Below, in pieces: positions 21,845-34,582 of a stretch of 64,000 bases of DNA. Source of the DNA: a virus (lineage: Duplodnaviria > Caudoviricetes); IMG/VR virus record IMGVR_UViG_2901146262_000001, positions 67,961 to 131,960 of that record; one strand, given 5' to 3'. The notes below the pieces were generated by a model, which saw only the letters and a program-made list of their open reading frames with translations, was not told where the DNA came from and did no database searches. A program made the translations under genes and the position numbers. Each line of letters begins with the position of its first letter. The stretch's first letter is position 1.

Positions 21845-22789
21845 ATGGCATTTGTTAAACCAGATAAGAAAAAAGAAGGAACTAAGTTTTTATTTTACGG
21901 ATACGCAGGAAGTGGGAAGACTCCAACTGGATTGTCTTTCCCTAACATCGCACTAGTTGACTCGGATTCAGGTACTAACTTCTATGATTTAGATAACGTA
22001 GTAGTTAACTCTAGCACATTATCTTTCAAAGAGCTTAATGATGACTTAGATGAGTTAGAGATGGATGACGAGTTGTTTGAATCAATTGAAACATTTACCG
22101 TAGATTCTTTAACAAGATTCCACAACAACATGATTCACGCTATGAATAAGATCGCTGAGAAACGTGCGGTTAAGAATAGTCGAGATGCAGAGGGTGAAGG
22201 ACTTTCATTTAAAGAGTATGGAAAAATGAAAACTTATTACGGAGAATTCTTTGCTCGTATGCTCAACTTTGCAAAACAAGGGAAACATTTAGTCTTTATT
22301 GCTGAACAAAAGGATCAAAATGAGAATTCTGGTGGTGAAATTAAGAAGATCGGTGTTATGCCGGATGGTCAAAAAAAGATAGAACATGATTTTGATGTTG
22401 TAGTCCGTACATTTAATGATGAGAATGGAAAACCTAAAGGTCTTGTTGAAAAAGATCGTACCGGAACATATAAAATTGGCGAAACAGTAGATAAACCTAA
22501 TTACCAACTATGGAAACCTGCGATGGACAAAGCGTTGAAAGGTAAGCAGCGTAAAAAAGAAGAGATTAAATCCCTTAAGGATGTTGTCAAAGATGAAATC
22601 GAAGTGTTGGACGACGGGGAGTCACTAAAAGAAGAATTACGCAAGGCGGCAGACGCAGTTATTAAATCTGGTAAAACAGATGAATTAAAGGCTAATTTAG
22701 AGGGTGCTGTAGGCACGATTAAATATAAAACGTTGACCGAACTAGAAGACATTAAAAAAGCTCTGGAAGCAGTCAAGTCTATTAAGTAG
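21845..22789 (+). CDS. AAA/Sak4-like ATPase (YorG-like single-strand annealing protein)
   Basis: FYGYAGSGKT Walker A, TVDSLT Walker B, VEKDRT. Confidence 0.8.
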   Translation: MAFVKPDKKKEGTKFLFYGYAGSGKTPTGLSFPNIALVDSDSGTNFYDLDNVVVNSSTLSFKELNDDLDELEMDDELFESIETFTVDSLTRFHNNMIHAMNKIAEKRAVKNSRDAEGEGLSFKEYGKMKTYYGEFFARMLNFAKQGKHLVFIAEQKDQNENSGGEIKKIGVMPDGQKKIEHDFDVVVRTFNDENGKPKGLVEKDRTGTYKIGETVDKPNYQLWKPAMDKALKGKQRKKEEIKSLKDVVKDEIEVLDDGESLKEELRKAADAVIKSGKTDELKANLEGAVGTIKYKTLTELEDIKKALEAVKSIK

Positions 22790-22799
22790 AGGTGCGAAA

Positions 22800-23630
22800 A
22801 TGGGAAGTAACAACAAAAATAATAAATTAAAAGACGCATTTTATTATACAATTGGTACTTTCCTCATCACCTCATTTATTGTTTTTATTGGCTATGGGGG
22901 TGCAGTTATCACAACTGGCTCCCAGAAACCTACATATAAAAGTAGTCCTAGTCAATTCACTAATGATAATATCCGAAAGCGTATGAAGGTGCATGAGGAG
23001 AATAGCTTAGAAGGTAGACTAGGTAGGTACAAAAACTTAGTTTCACAGGCTGACAGCAAAATGTATGAGGACAATTTAAAAGAATTAGTAACAAAGGAAA
23101 AGAAGAGATTGGCCAAGGTTAGAGAAAAGAAGCGTGAAGATGCAGAGGCTAAGGCTAAGAAAGAAGAAGAGAAAAGATTAGCTAAAGAGAAAAAGTTAGC
23201 TGCAGAACAAGAAGATAAAAGAGAGCAACAACTACAATTATTAGCTGAAAAGAAAGAGAAGAGTAAGAAAGAATCTAGGTCTAAGCAGAAACCTAAAGAA
23301 AAAATCAAGAAAAGAAAACCTGTTGAAACCAACACTATGACAATGGAAGCTACTGCATATGTAGCATTTTGTGACACACAGTGCACAGGAACAACTAAGG
23401 AAGGTACAGATGTAAGTGGTACTATTTATCATCCAAGTGGCAATAAGATTATTGCGGTTGATCCCAATGTAATTCCGTTGGGTACAATGGTCGAAATTAA
23501 TGGAGAAAAGTACATTGCGGACGATACTGGTGGGGACATTCAACAAAATAGGATTGATATTCTAGTTAATTCAGAATCAGAAGCTAGGAAATTTGGCAGA
23601 CAGAATGTTGAAGTTAGGATTTTACACTAA
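22800..23630 (+). CDS. Membrane-anchored 3D-domain cell-wall lytic protein (YorM-like)
   Basis: TM helix, charged linker, EATAY...IAVDPNVIPLG...ADDTGGDI...RIDI. Confidence 0.9.
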   Translation: MGSNNKNNKLKDAFYYTIGTFLITSFIVFIGYGGAVITTGSQKPTYKSSPSQFTNDNIRKRMKVHEENSLEGRLGRYKNLVSQADSKMYEDNLKELVTKEKKRLAKVREKKREDAEAKAKKEEEKRLAKEKKLAAEQEDKREQQLQLLAEKKEKSKKESRSKQKPKEKIKKRKPVETNTMTMEATAYVAFCDTQCTGTTKEGTDVSGTIYHPSGNKIIAVDPNVIPLGTMVEINGEKYIADDTGGDIQQNRIDILVNSESEARKFGRQNVEVRILH

Positions 23631-23645
23631 AAGGAGGAAGATAAA

Positions 23646-24173
23646 TTGGGAATTATTTATAAAGGTATGCAATTAGATGACATTTCGATGACTCACAAGG
23701 ATCAAGTTTCAGCAATCGATGCTGTCACTGAAGCTATGAATAGTAGCTACAGTTTGAATGGCCTAAATGAAGAGGCTAGTAAGCAACCGTATAGTTTAGG
23801 AGAATATGCTTCATCAATTACGTCAAAAGCTAAATATCCTCAGAATAAAAGTGATGGAGTAAAATTTGACAATATCCAAACTGATAAGATTAGCTTTGCA
23901 AAGACAAATAAAGATGCACATCAGGCGTTATTAGACGAAATTCATGATACTTACATCAGAAAGAATAGAGACTATGGTAGTAGTTTTTCAGAACAGTATA
24001 AAGAGTATGGACTGCTGTCGCTCATCATTAGGTTAGATGACAAGTTTCGTAGATTAAAACAATTAAACGAAAATGAAGCTTTAGTAAAAGAGAGCGTAGA
24101 GGACACGCTTCTCGATGCAGCAAACTATGCAATTATGGGAGTTATGGAGTTACGTAAACAGAAGGAAAATTAA
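23646..24173 (+). CDS. DUF1599 / nucleotide-modification-associated domain protein
   Basis: KNRDYGSSF...RLDDKFRRL...ESVEDTLLDAANYAIM. Confidence 0.8.
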   Translation: MGIIYKGMQLDDISMTHKDQVSAIDAVTEAMNSSYSLNGLNEEASKQPYSLGEYASSITSKAKYPQNKSDGVKFDNIQTDKISFAKTNKDAHQALLDEIHDTYIRKNRDYGSSFSEQYKEYGLLSLIIRLDDKFRRLKQLNENEALVKESVEDTLLDAANYAIMGVMELRKQKEN

Positions 24174-24669
24174 TAACATAGGGGGAATACATAGCGTGGA
24201 TCATAGCTTAAATATGAAAAAGAAAGCCCTAGTACTTGAAGATGAGGAATTAGCTACAGATTTTTCAGGAAATATTGGAACAATTGTAAGCTATGACAAA
24301 GAAGATGATGAAGGCTACGTTTTTTATAAATTGACATTTACCAAAAAAGGTCTATACGACGAATGGTTCCATGAAAGTGAAGTCCAGTTGATCAATGACT
24401 AGGTGTAGAAACGTAACTGATAACAAAATATATCAGAATGTAGAATCATTAATGGACAAAATGGGAGATAAAGTGAAGTCAGATAAGCATTTGCTAGTAT
24501 TATATTACAAATTTGTCGATAAGATTGATATTGATAAGGATAATATGAGCACAAAACAGTTCTTATCTGATGCTACATCTCCCATTGACATCATTAATGC
24601 AAAGTATATGTACGAAATTAAGGATTATTAGGTAGTATTATATTATAACAACTTAGAAGGTGAACATTT

Positions 24670-25020
24670 TTGAAGTATAAAGTTGGTGATGTCGTAATGA
24701 TTAAAGATATAAATTTGAAAGGATCTATAACAGATGTATATGAGAGAAGGTCAATTAGTATTTTAGGTGACACCAAGACGGTTAAATATAGGGTGCAATG
24801 CAAAGGCCAGCCATTAATGTTGTTTAGAGAAGACCAATTATATAAGGAGAGTGAAGAAGTGAGGGAAATAGATAAAGATGCTGACGTTCCTTTGAAGCTT
24901 GAATTAGAGTTGTTGGATACATTGATTGAAGGTAGTTTGGTCAGAAAGAATAAGAAAGAATTTGAAGAGTATATGGAAATGAAAAGAGAAAAACAAGAAC
25001 GATATGACAGTATGAGTTAA
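24670..25020 (+). CDS. IDEAL-domain-like protein
   Basis: SH3-like N-terminus KYKVGDVV; C-terminal LIEGSLVRKNKKEF. Confidence 0.45.
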   Translation: MKYKVGDVVMIKDINLKGSITDVYERRSISILGDTKTVKYRVQCKGQPLMLFREDQLYKESEEVREIDKDADVPLKLELELLDTLIEGSLVRKNKKEFEEYMEMKREKQERYDSMS

Positions 25021-28000
25021 AGGAGTGACTATATGAAGTGGTTGGATGCGATTCGTGAGTTTGAGATCAGAGTAACCGGAGGATTTGCGTATTACTTTTT
25101 AATATGCGTGACACTTGTAACAGTTGGAGCATTAGGGGAAATTATTGATTTGGTAATTGATTTATTCAAATAAGATGACGATTTTAATTAAAATACTAAT
25201 GATTTAGACTAGGAGGAATTAGAATGAAATTTAATATTGAGGAAACGAAAAACCTATTAAACCATGACAGTCAAAGCATTATCTTTAATGCTGCAGGTAG
25301 GGAGATTATTAAGCTCAGTCCTAATGGGGATATATTCGTAAATGGCAAACTAGTGGAAAACGATAAAGAAGTGGTGGAAGGCATGAGGGAACTGATAACT
25401 AATTCATAGTTAGTATAATCGAGTCTCAATCTAATTTTTGAGGAGTGATGGAAATGAAGGGCGATACTTTTAAAGATAAATATTGGGATGAAAAATTACA
25501 AATATATTGGGCTGGATATAATGGATGTGAGTACATAGCATATAAAGGATCACATCAAATATTTGAATATCCAACATGGGAGTATCCAAGTCCACCATCT
25601 AGGATAATTCAACACAATGAAAGGATCGAGAGTGAAGATGATTTTGAGAGTGCATTAGATAGTAGAGAGTGGTATACAGCACATTATACAAAATCAATTG
25701 ATGAGTCTTTTAACTTAGATTTTACAGGCGACTCTAAATAAAACACAGATTTTACTTGAAGGAAAGATGGTGAGTAAAATATTTAATATAAAATTGCCTA
25801 TTACCTACAATAGCTTCAATCATGAATTTGATATGGAGGTAGGAGAAGTCGAAGGTATGTTGTTTATAACAAAAATTAAAACCAGAAAGCAACGCAACTA
25901 CAGGACACTTAAACAATTCTATAGAGAAGTAAATAACATTAAAGTAAACAAGGTTGACGAGATGCTTGAATCTTTTAGTAGGTCTGAGAAAGACATTTAT
26001 AAGCAGCTTGAAGATGAGGATAACTTAATTGAAAAACTTGGTATTGATAAAACAAAAGTTGCTGAATTTTTCAAGGAGGAATTAATTAAAGAAATCAAAG
26101 AGAAGGTGTTTAGATAGCCAGATACAATTACGGTTTTAATGGGAAAGGATGTGTTAAGGTGTCTGACTCTAATCAATTTGATGATAGAAATAAAGTATTT
26201 TGGCTAGGTGTAAACGGAATGGAGTATATTTCATGGGAAAATTCGCGGCAAATTATTGAATATGACCCATATTATCATCCATTACCTTCAAGTGTTATTC
26301 ATTATCAAAAAAGGATTAATTCAGAAAGCGATATGTATGAAGCTCTAGAAAATGGCGCTTGGTATCAAATTGAAGGACTCAAACTGATAAATCAGTGATT
26401 GTTACTGATGGTTTTAAATAGAAAGGAGTTAGAGAAATGAAAAGCACAAAAGAAGAACGCATTGAAGTGGTAAATAAGCTAATCAAATTCATATCAGAAC
26501 GTGGTCGAAAATTCTTTTACTCAAGCAGCACAGTGAATATGGATAATGTTGATAGCATTGCATTCATGAAATTAATAAATGGTCGTATTTATTTCGTTGA
26601 TGATTACACACGAAGAGAGATTGCTGTAATAAATAATTATCGAGATTGGAACGGATTTAGTCATGGTGGAACACTTAGGGCTTTGATAATAGACTTCGCA
26701 GAATTTATCCGAACTGGTAAATACACTAATGGAAACAATGGTTACGGTGGACTGTACTGCCCCCACTGGGGTCATAGCGACGAGATTCAGCGGGAAATAA
26801 TTGATTATGCAAAAGAGATTGGGTATTTAAAATGACAAAATGAAACCTTAGAAAGAAGGGTATTTGATGGATGAGCTAACTATTTCTGACATTGAAGCGG
26901 AAGTACAAGAACGAATGGAAACGCTGGAAAGACAGGATAGACACGAACGTTTGAATGAATTGCAATTATTTATGGATTGGCTATTATGTGGCGACGATTA
27001 CACGGGTTGATTATATTTCCGATCAAATTTTCGTTTTAAAGAATTTAAAGAGGGAGTAAAAACAGATGAAGACCATTACAGGGAAAGTGAACTTTGTGCT
27101 ACAAGCATATTCTTTTCAAGATTTTCTTCAACATATGGACAGATATAACTGTGAGGTGCTTGATATTAAACGATCATTCACCTCTTATATAGTGACTGTC
27201 AAAGGAACAAATGAAAACTTAAATCACGCGAGATGGTTTTTCAAGCACTGCGGATCTATTATTTAATCATAGCTAAATAGTTTATGTTATAAACTCCCCA
27301 TTTTAATAAGAAAGGAGATTGAGAGTGATGCATAGGATTGTAAACATTCCTTTGAGCAACACTTACGGAAATGTAACTGCAATCAGAGATAGCGACAAGT
27401 TTTTCCTGCTACTAGATGACTACTCAAGTACTGATAGAGTTGAAATTAGTGCAGAGTTGTTTTGGATGATTGAAAGCGAGTTTAATTAAAAGAAGAATTA
27501 TATCCTAAAAGGAGAGATGTTAATGGATGATGCTAAGACAATTACCGTGGTGACTGGAGATGATTGGTCAGGAGTTTATATCGATGGACTGTTAGACAGA
27601 GAGGGTCACTCTATTGATTGCAGCGACATGCTTGAAATTATCGATAGCTACAAGTGCTTTAAGAACGTTGCAGATTATGAGATCGACTTGGAGTATCTAG
27701 AAGATCTAGGGAGTTTACCTTATAAATTCGAAGATATTCCAAAGGAAAAGTTATTTAAATAAAACTCTGTTTTAATAAGGAAAGGATGAGTAAAAGTTGA
27801 ATCAATATGAAGGACTAGAAAGTTTATTCAAACAGATGGAGTCAGAATTGCGTTATTTAAAGCCAGCCGAAAAGCAAAGTGTAAAGAAGTTTATGATATT
27901 CGCCTTTGAACGTGGAGAGAGTTCGACAATCAAAAAGTATTTATAATTAAAATACATATTTTAATGGGAGGTTAAGCAGATGAAAAAAGTAGTAAATGGA

Positions 28001-29570
28001 CTTCTATTTGACACAAGCCAATCGACTCATATCGCAAAATACAAGGATACTATAAAACATAAAAACATGGTAGGAACATTCGATTTAACCACAGAGTACG
28101 ATTTGTATAAGACAAAAAACGACAGATGGTTTGAAGTGGCGCAAAGATTTAATAAACTCAATGTGCTGAATGATGATCAGGTCAAAAAACTTCTTGTAGA
28201 CAATCCCTGCATTTACATGGAGCATTTCACTATAGAGGAAGGATGAATAAACATGCCAAATTATCTAAAGAACATTGACCAAATGGACGAATTAGGGAAT
28301 GCCTTTGAAGAAAGAAAGTCTGTCACAATCAACATTTACGGAAAGAAGATTCAGGTTTATGCATTTACGACATTAGAAGAAATCGAGGAAGAGTATGGCA
28401 CAAATTTAGATATGATTGACATCTTCAGAGCAGACTGGAAAGTAAACGAATGAGACAAGAAATCAAATCTAGACACAGGGGCTGTGATAGATGCGCTCTC
28501 AAATGTGAAAACCCTATAACCATAACTGTATATAGTAAAACAATTCGAGGTCACAAAGACTGCATGCACTATATGAGGAATCAAATAGTTCAAGAATATA
28601 AGATTAAACAAAAACTAGGAGGAAATTAAATGCTTAAATTCGATAACATATCAATTGAATACAATTATGAAACTTTAGAAATGGCTAGAGGTAAAGTTAA
28701 TCCAATCGCAATTGAAGATGAAAGAGATGGCGAGGACACGATTGAATTGACACTGGATCAAGCAAAATGGTTACGAGATAACATCAATTACATAATTAAG
28801 AGATTAGAAGACTAGAGGTGATTAAATATGCACAAGACGTTCAAAGAAGACAAGATTTGGATGCACAGCTCAAAGAAAAAAGGATATAGATGGTGGCTAC
28901 ATTGGGGCAAGACAGCTTGGCATTATGAAGGATATCTCGGCAAGAACGCGAATCACAACACCATTAGTTGCAACTTAGGCGGAGAAGAGAATGATATTCA
29001 AGTTCACTTTGGTATCAAGAGGCTATTCAACTTTTATTTCGGTGTAGAAGACTTCTTTCCGCGTAAATTAATGAGCAAACTATTTGGCTATGATTCTAGA
29101 ATGTATGGAATTAGCCTGTTTGAAGAATACATTAGTATTGAGTTTCACCGAGATGATATGGGATATAGCGAAGGTTGGCGTGGATATCACAAGATGATTG
29201 ATTGGAAAAGTATATTATTCGGTAAGCAGAAATTTGATAAGGAAGAATTAGGTGAATACGGTGTCTATGTAGATATGCCTGAAGGCAAATATCCGGCTAA
29301 AGTCAAGATGTTTAAATCAACATGGACACGTAAAAGATTTATTAAACCAATTGAAATGATTCGAGGAGATATCACTCCTGCTATAGCCATACCAATTCCC
29401 GGTAAAGGTGAGAATGCTCACGACATAGGTGATGATGCTATTTATTCATCAACAATTCCGGCAGATTCGCCTCAAGAAGCAGCGGAAGAACTGGCTGAAA
29501 GTGTAATGGAGACTAGAAGGAAATATGCAAATGAAAGTTGGGTTCCACGGGATGGATTCGAGGTGAACAA

Positions 29571-30227
29571 ATGAAGATATTTTCATTCTTTAAATTCTAC
29601 TATTACGTAATCACAAATAACTCTAAACAATACAGTTTGGCAATGAACTCTCAATCTTTTACCATTATCGCCATGACACCTGTGGTATTAATGACGACCT
29701 CTTTAATCTTAACTGGAATACTTATTTCTTTAGAGGTAATGTTACTCAACTTTTTATTAATACCATTATTTGTGCTAAATTTATTTTTCGTGATGACTGT
29801 AGGTGATGAGGGGCATGTGTTGAAGTGGAAGAAAGAATCTGAGCGCATACAAGCTAGAAGAGATGAGATAGAGCGAGAACTGGAACGTAAAAGAAGAGAG
29901 CAAGAAAGAATCGAACGAGAAAGAGAGCGGTTAAGAAGTCGGAGGGAGCTTGATGAAGAGTTTAACAGATTGTGGCAGGAATATATGGAGGCAAAAGAAC
30001 AATATCAGCGAGACTATCAACAAGGACAGCGCAGGAGTCACTTCAATATAGACAGAAACATGAAAAATGCTATGCATCTACTAGGACTAAACGAGGGATT
30101 CACAAAGAAAGATGTTAAATCTGGCTACAGGAAAATGTCTAAGATACATCATCCAGACGTTGGCGGATTAGAAGAAAACTTTAAACGACTAAATGTAGCC
30201 TATCAATATATAATGGATAGAATTTAA
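29571..30227 (+). CDS. Membrane protein with C-terminal J (DnaJ) domain
   Basis: Two TM helices, coiled coil, LLGL...YRKMSKIHHPDVGG...FKRLNVAY. Confidence 0.88.
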   Translation: MKIFSFFKFYYYVITNNSKQYSLAMNSQSFTIIAMTPVVLMTTSLILTGILISLEVMLLNFLLIPLFVLNLFFVMTVGDEGHVLKWKKESERIQARRDEIERELERKRREQERIERERERLRSRRELDEEFNRLWQEYMEAKEQYQRDYQQGQRRSHFNIDRNMKNAMHLLGLNEGFTKKDVKSGYRKMSKIHHPDVGGLEENFKRLNVAYQYIMDRI

Positions 30228-33200
30228 GGAGGAAATCAGATGAAGTCATTTGATTGTACAGTAGAAAGAATAGATAAGTATATTGTGGAGTTTGACACAG
30301 ATGTAATCAATGAGGAGTGGATGGAAGAGTTTCGAGAGTTTATGTATGATTTTTACACCTTAGAGGAACACGCAGAACATATCGCACAACATAGAGCAAG
30401 ATTCGGTGGAAAGTTTATAGAAGGCTATGGATTTACTTTAGAAAACGGTAAAACACCATATTGGGCAGATGAAGATCGCGTAAATAAATCTATCAACATC
30501 AAGATTATCAGTGACGACAATGAGGCTTATGTCGATATTAAGTAAGGAGTTGAACTAATGAAGGAAGAAATCAAATTTCTAAAAGAATTGCAAGATGAAT
30601 TAAAATATCAAAGTGAATATGACTATGACTCACAGGCATCACCACGTTTCTGGACGATTATGGATTATAGAACCGTACCTACACATCCTGAATACGGAAT
30701 GGAGCGAATGTCCTATTATCACAATGATGGAGACCATACAGAGTTTGAGACAATAGCTGAGTTAAAAGAATATTTGACAGATTATTACTTAGATGATAGT
30801 AAAGATGACTTGCTGGCAAACTTAATAGCAGATCCTGATGCGAGTCTCGATGGATTATGGGAGTATGTAACATATTTCCTTAACGATGATGGGTATTTTG
30901 ATGAATGTCCAGTCAAGGAAGAGGAGTTTATCGCACCAAATACAATGTTTTTAACTAAGGAAGAAGCAAAGAATCATCTTAGAGTTAATCATTATCACTA
31001 TTCGTCCAAAGCACATACATACGCAATGACAGCTTGGAGAGCACCAAAGGTTGCTAAGCTACTAGATATATTAGAGACATTCGATTGGGATTCAGTAGGA
31101 GATGATACGAATGGTATGGGTTAGTATAGTTACTGTTGCGTATTTAATAGTTGGTCTCACTTATGCCCACAAGACAATAAAGGGATTAGAGAAGATAGTT
31201 GACAGCTACGAAGCAGGAGAGGAATTGTCCGAAAGCGAAAATGAACTATTAGATGAACTTAATGATGTCAATAAAATGATCGGAAATTCTGTTCTAATTA
31301 TATCTGTGGGTGCCACGTTTTTCTGGTTACCGATATTTATATTTGATCGATTTAGTAAATAATTTAAGGAGGAGAAGAGATGAAAATATTAACTGACTAT
31401 GACCAATTGGTTGGAAAAACAATAGCATTTGCACATATGGCTCAATTTGCAGATCAAATAACACTTGCTACGACAGATAATGAGGTGTTAATGGCAGATA
31501 TGGAGAGTGTAGACGAGTCTCTTCATGATAAGGAAATTACTGTATATAGTGAAGGAATGGTAATGAACAGGTTAAATTATGAACCCTATCTTAGAAAAAA
31601 GTTGAGTGAAATTGGTGTGTTTGATTTAGAAGCATATAAAGAAGAACGGCAAAAGCAAATGGAAGAAGCTAAACGAAAAAGAGAAGAACAGAAGAAGATA
31701 AATGAAATTAAAGAATTTGAGAGACTTAAGAAAAAATTTGAAGGTTGATTCAGATTCTGACAGAAGAGGAAGAAAGGGATGACAAGAATAGAAAATCAAT
31801 TAGACTATAACGAAATCGTACAATTTATGAAAGAATTTGAGGTCGATTTACTTAACAGATTTGGAGAGTTAATTATTGATGAACCTACAAGTACATATGC
31901 ATGTATCAACAATTGTAAAGATATTGATGAGGTAAAAACACGAGTGGTGTACAATCTTTGTCGTCCCATTGGTAAGGGTTTGGATGCTACGCCAGCAAAA
32001 AGGTTGTTGAACAGGTTAAATAAATATTTTGATACTGACTTAACTAAAGAAGATATGCGTTTAATGTATCAAGAACTATGCTATGTACGTAAGTTAGACG
32101 AATTTAAAAGTTTCATAAAACGAGGATTTCCAATGGATGAATTGATGATTAAACAGGAGGAAATGTAAATGAGTATGCAGCAAGGAGCAAGGACAGTGGA
32201 TGAATTGCTAGATGTAATTAAACCATTGGCTAAAGAAATGATTGAATTCAATGATTGTGGCAATGTTGTCAGAGAGATCGAAATCTATGTAGATAGAGAT
32301 GGAGACTTTGTTATTACAAGCGATTAAAAAGGGAGGTATGAGTATTGTATTTAGATAAGTTTCCGGTAACAACAAAAAGAGATGAATATAGAGTTATATT
32401 AAAAGAGAGAAGAGACTCACTTTTTGGCAAGTTCCTACATGCCGAAGTCTACCTGAGACTACCATCTCGCTTTACAAAGAAGTCAAAGTGGAAAAAGGTA
32501 TCAGGATATGCGCCACTGCATAAAGAAGGATGGTGGAAAGATGAGTTTTATCGTGGTAGATATGTAGAATTGGCAAAGGTAGCAGTTAAAGACTATGAGG
32601 ACTGGCTGATTGAACAGGAAGAGAAATCACGATCTCACGAACAAGGCATAAAAGATTGGAAGAGTTGGGATGGAGATATGCGTTAAAATCAAACATTTAT
32701 TGGAGGTGAGGATAGTGACATTTAAACTGCCAGAATCATATTACATAAGACAAAAAGAAATACATGACAGGAAGTATATCAATTATAAAGGTGATAAGAT
32801 TCATGTCAGTGAGTTTAGGGACAAATCAATTACTTCGGAGATGAAGAGTAGTATGAGAATGAATTCATATGCTCAAAGTGATTTACCTCCTAAACTAACA
32901 GATACAGCATTGATTGAAACTGTGGAATACTATCTAACTCAATGTTCAAGACCGAGAACACCAAGTGTGACATACGATGATGCGATTGTTCACAACTTGG
33001 TTCCAGAGTTAATAAATAGACTTAAGGAATATAAGGAGGTATGAATCGAATGAGTTTAGATGAATTAATTACACAAGGGCAAGATATTGACTCAAATCTA
33101 TATCATTGGTTCGGTAACATGGCTTGGTACGGATGGATAATGTTTGTTGTTTGCGTGATACTTTCCATCCTGATGGTTACTGTTTTCTTCTTTGATATGA

Positions 33201-34151
33201 GCATTGAAACTCTACTTGGTTCTTTAGCAGGTCTCGTTCTAATGGCTATCATTATGTTTATCATTGCATTTTTGGGAACGAAGGTAGAAACCAATCCTGA
33301 ATATACAAAATGGGAAGAAGATGCATTAAACTACATTGAGAACCTACCTCAAGAGAAGTACGAAGTTGTCTATATCAAACTTGATCCAGAGTCAACCACT
33401 GATGTAAGAGGAACATTCTTCTTATTTTCTGGAAGCATTCACTCTAAAATAGAGAAGTCAACGCCTGTAACTATAGCTTATAAGGTTGATGATGAGATAA
33501 GATATGAGACATTTTGGACTAAAACAAACATGAAGTTATCAAAAGATGATAAGCCGTATGTAACATTTAAGAATTTACCCAAAAACTTAGGACATGGAAT
33601 TGACAAAGGCTGGTATAATCCAACGGTACATTTGCCAAGTGATTATGAGTTTATTGATATTAAATAGGGGGTTGATTAGATAAGACAGAGAAAAAACGAA
33701 GAGATAACTAAAGTGGTCAATAGAACAGTTGAAGAGTCAATTGCATGCAACAAGTGCGGCAACAGTATTGTAGCTAATCTTAGAGATGGCGAAGGCAATT
33801 TTAATCAAGACCTCTATCATGGCATTGATCTTCGTTTTGGGTATGGAAGCAACCATGATTTAGAGCATTGGAATTTTGATTTATGCGAAGATTGTTTGGT
33901 CGAATTTGTTAAAACATTCAAGCATGTGCCATCTGGTTTTTACTTAGATACAAGCTACCTAAATGTTGAAGATGAGAGCGAAGAACATCAGAAGTTATTT
34001 GATCACTGGAAGAAAACCGGGGAGTGGAAGAATTGAAGTATAAGACGTATGATGAATTAGTAGATTTGGCAAACATTTTTAACTTGGAATACATAAATGA
34101 GGTTATTAAAAAGAATTATCCAGATAAACCATTAATTGGGGAGGAATGTTA

Positions 34152-34280
34152 ATGTTTGATGACTTTATGATGATATGCCCATATTGCGATGAGATTTATG
34201 AGGATGAGGATGATTTTTTCTATCATATGACGATGTGTGATGAGGTTGATACTTTTGAATTGAATGAGGAGAGATACTAA
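34152..34280 (+). CDS. 42-aa acidic C2HC zinc-finger microprotein
   Basis: CPYC-x12-H-x3-C; RBS GGGGAGG; start and stop overlap both neighbours (TAATG). Confidence 0.6.
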   Translation: MFDDFMMICPYCDEIYEDEDDFFYHMTMCDEVDTFELNEERY

Positions 34281-34538
34281 TGGAGAACTTTCTATATTAT
34301 CTAGCAGAATCTAAATATAGCATGTATTTTTATCTATTCAAACAATCAGCACGAACTTCAGGAGAATGCTTCTCACGTATCAAGGTGGATTCAAAATATA
34401 AGCAATTATTGGACACTATTAATAGATTACCGAATAAAGAGCAGCAAAGATTAAGGGAGATTGAAAGACAATATTTTGAAGATGCACCCTATGTCAATCT
34501 TAAGTAAAATAATACTTTTAACAGATTGACAAATACTA

Positions 34539-34567
34539 TTGACATTTTTATTGAGTAGCATTATAAT
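34539..34567 (+). promoter_or_regulatory. SigA-type promoter with operator-like motif upstream of the replication operon
   Basis: TTGACA-17-TATAAT containing ATTGAGTAGCATTATAAT. Confidence 0.85.
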
Positions 34568-34582
34568 ACATATAAGATCAAA

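Larger units (their letters stand above)
24115..34507 (+). other. Cluster of about 30 small hypothetical phage genes, several predicted to be membrane proteins
   Basis: Co-oriented ORFs with RBS; many bounded by TAAAA-N6-TTTTA. Confidence 0.7.
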
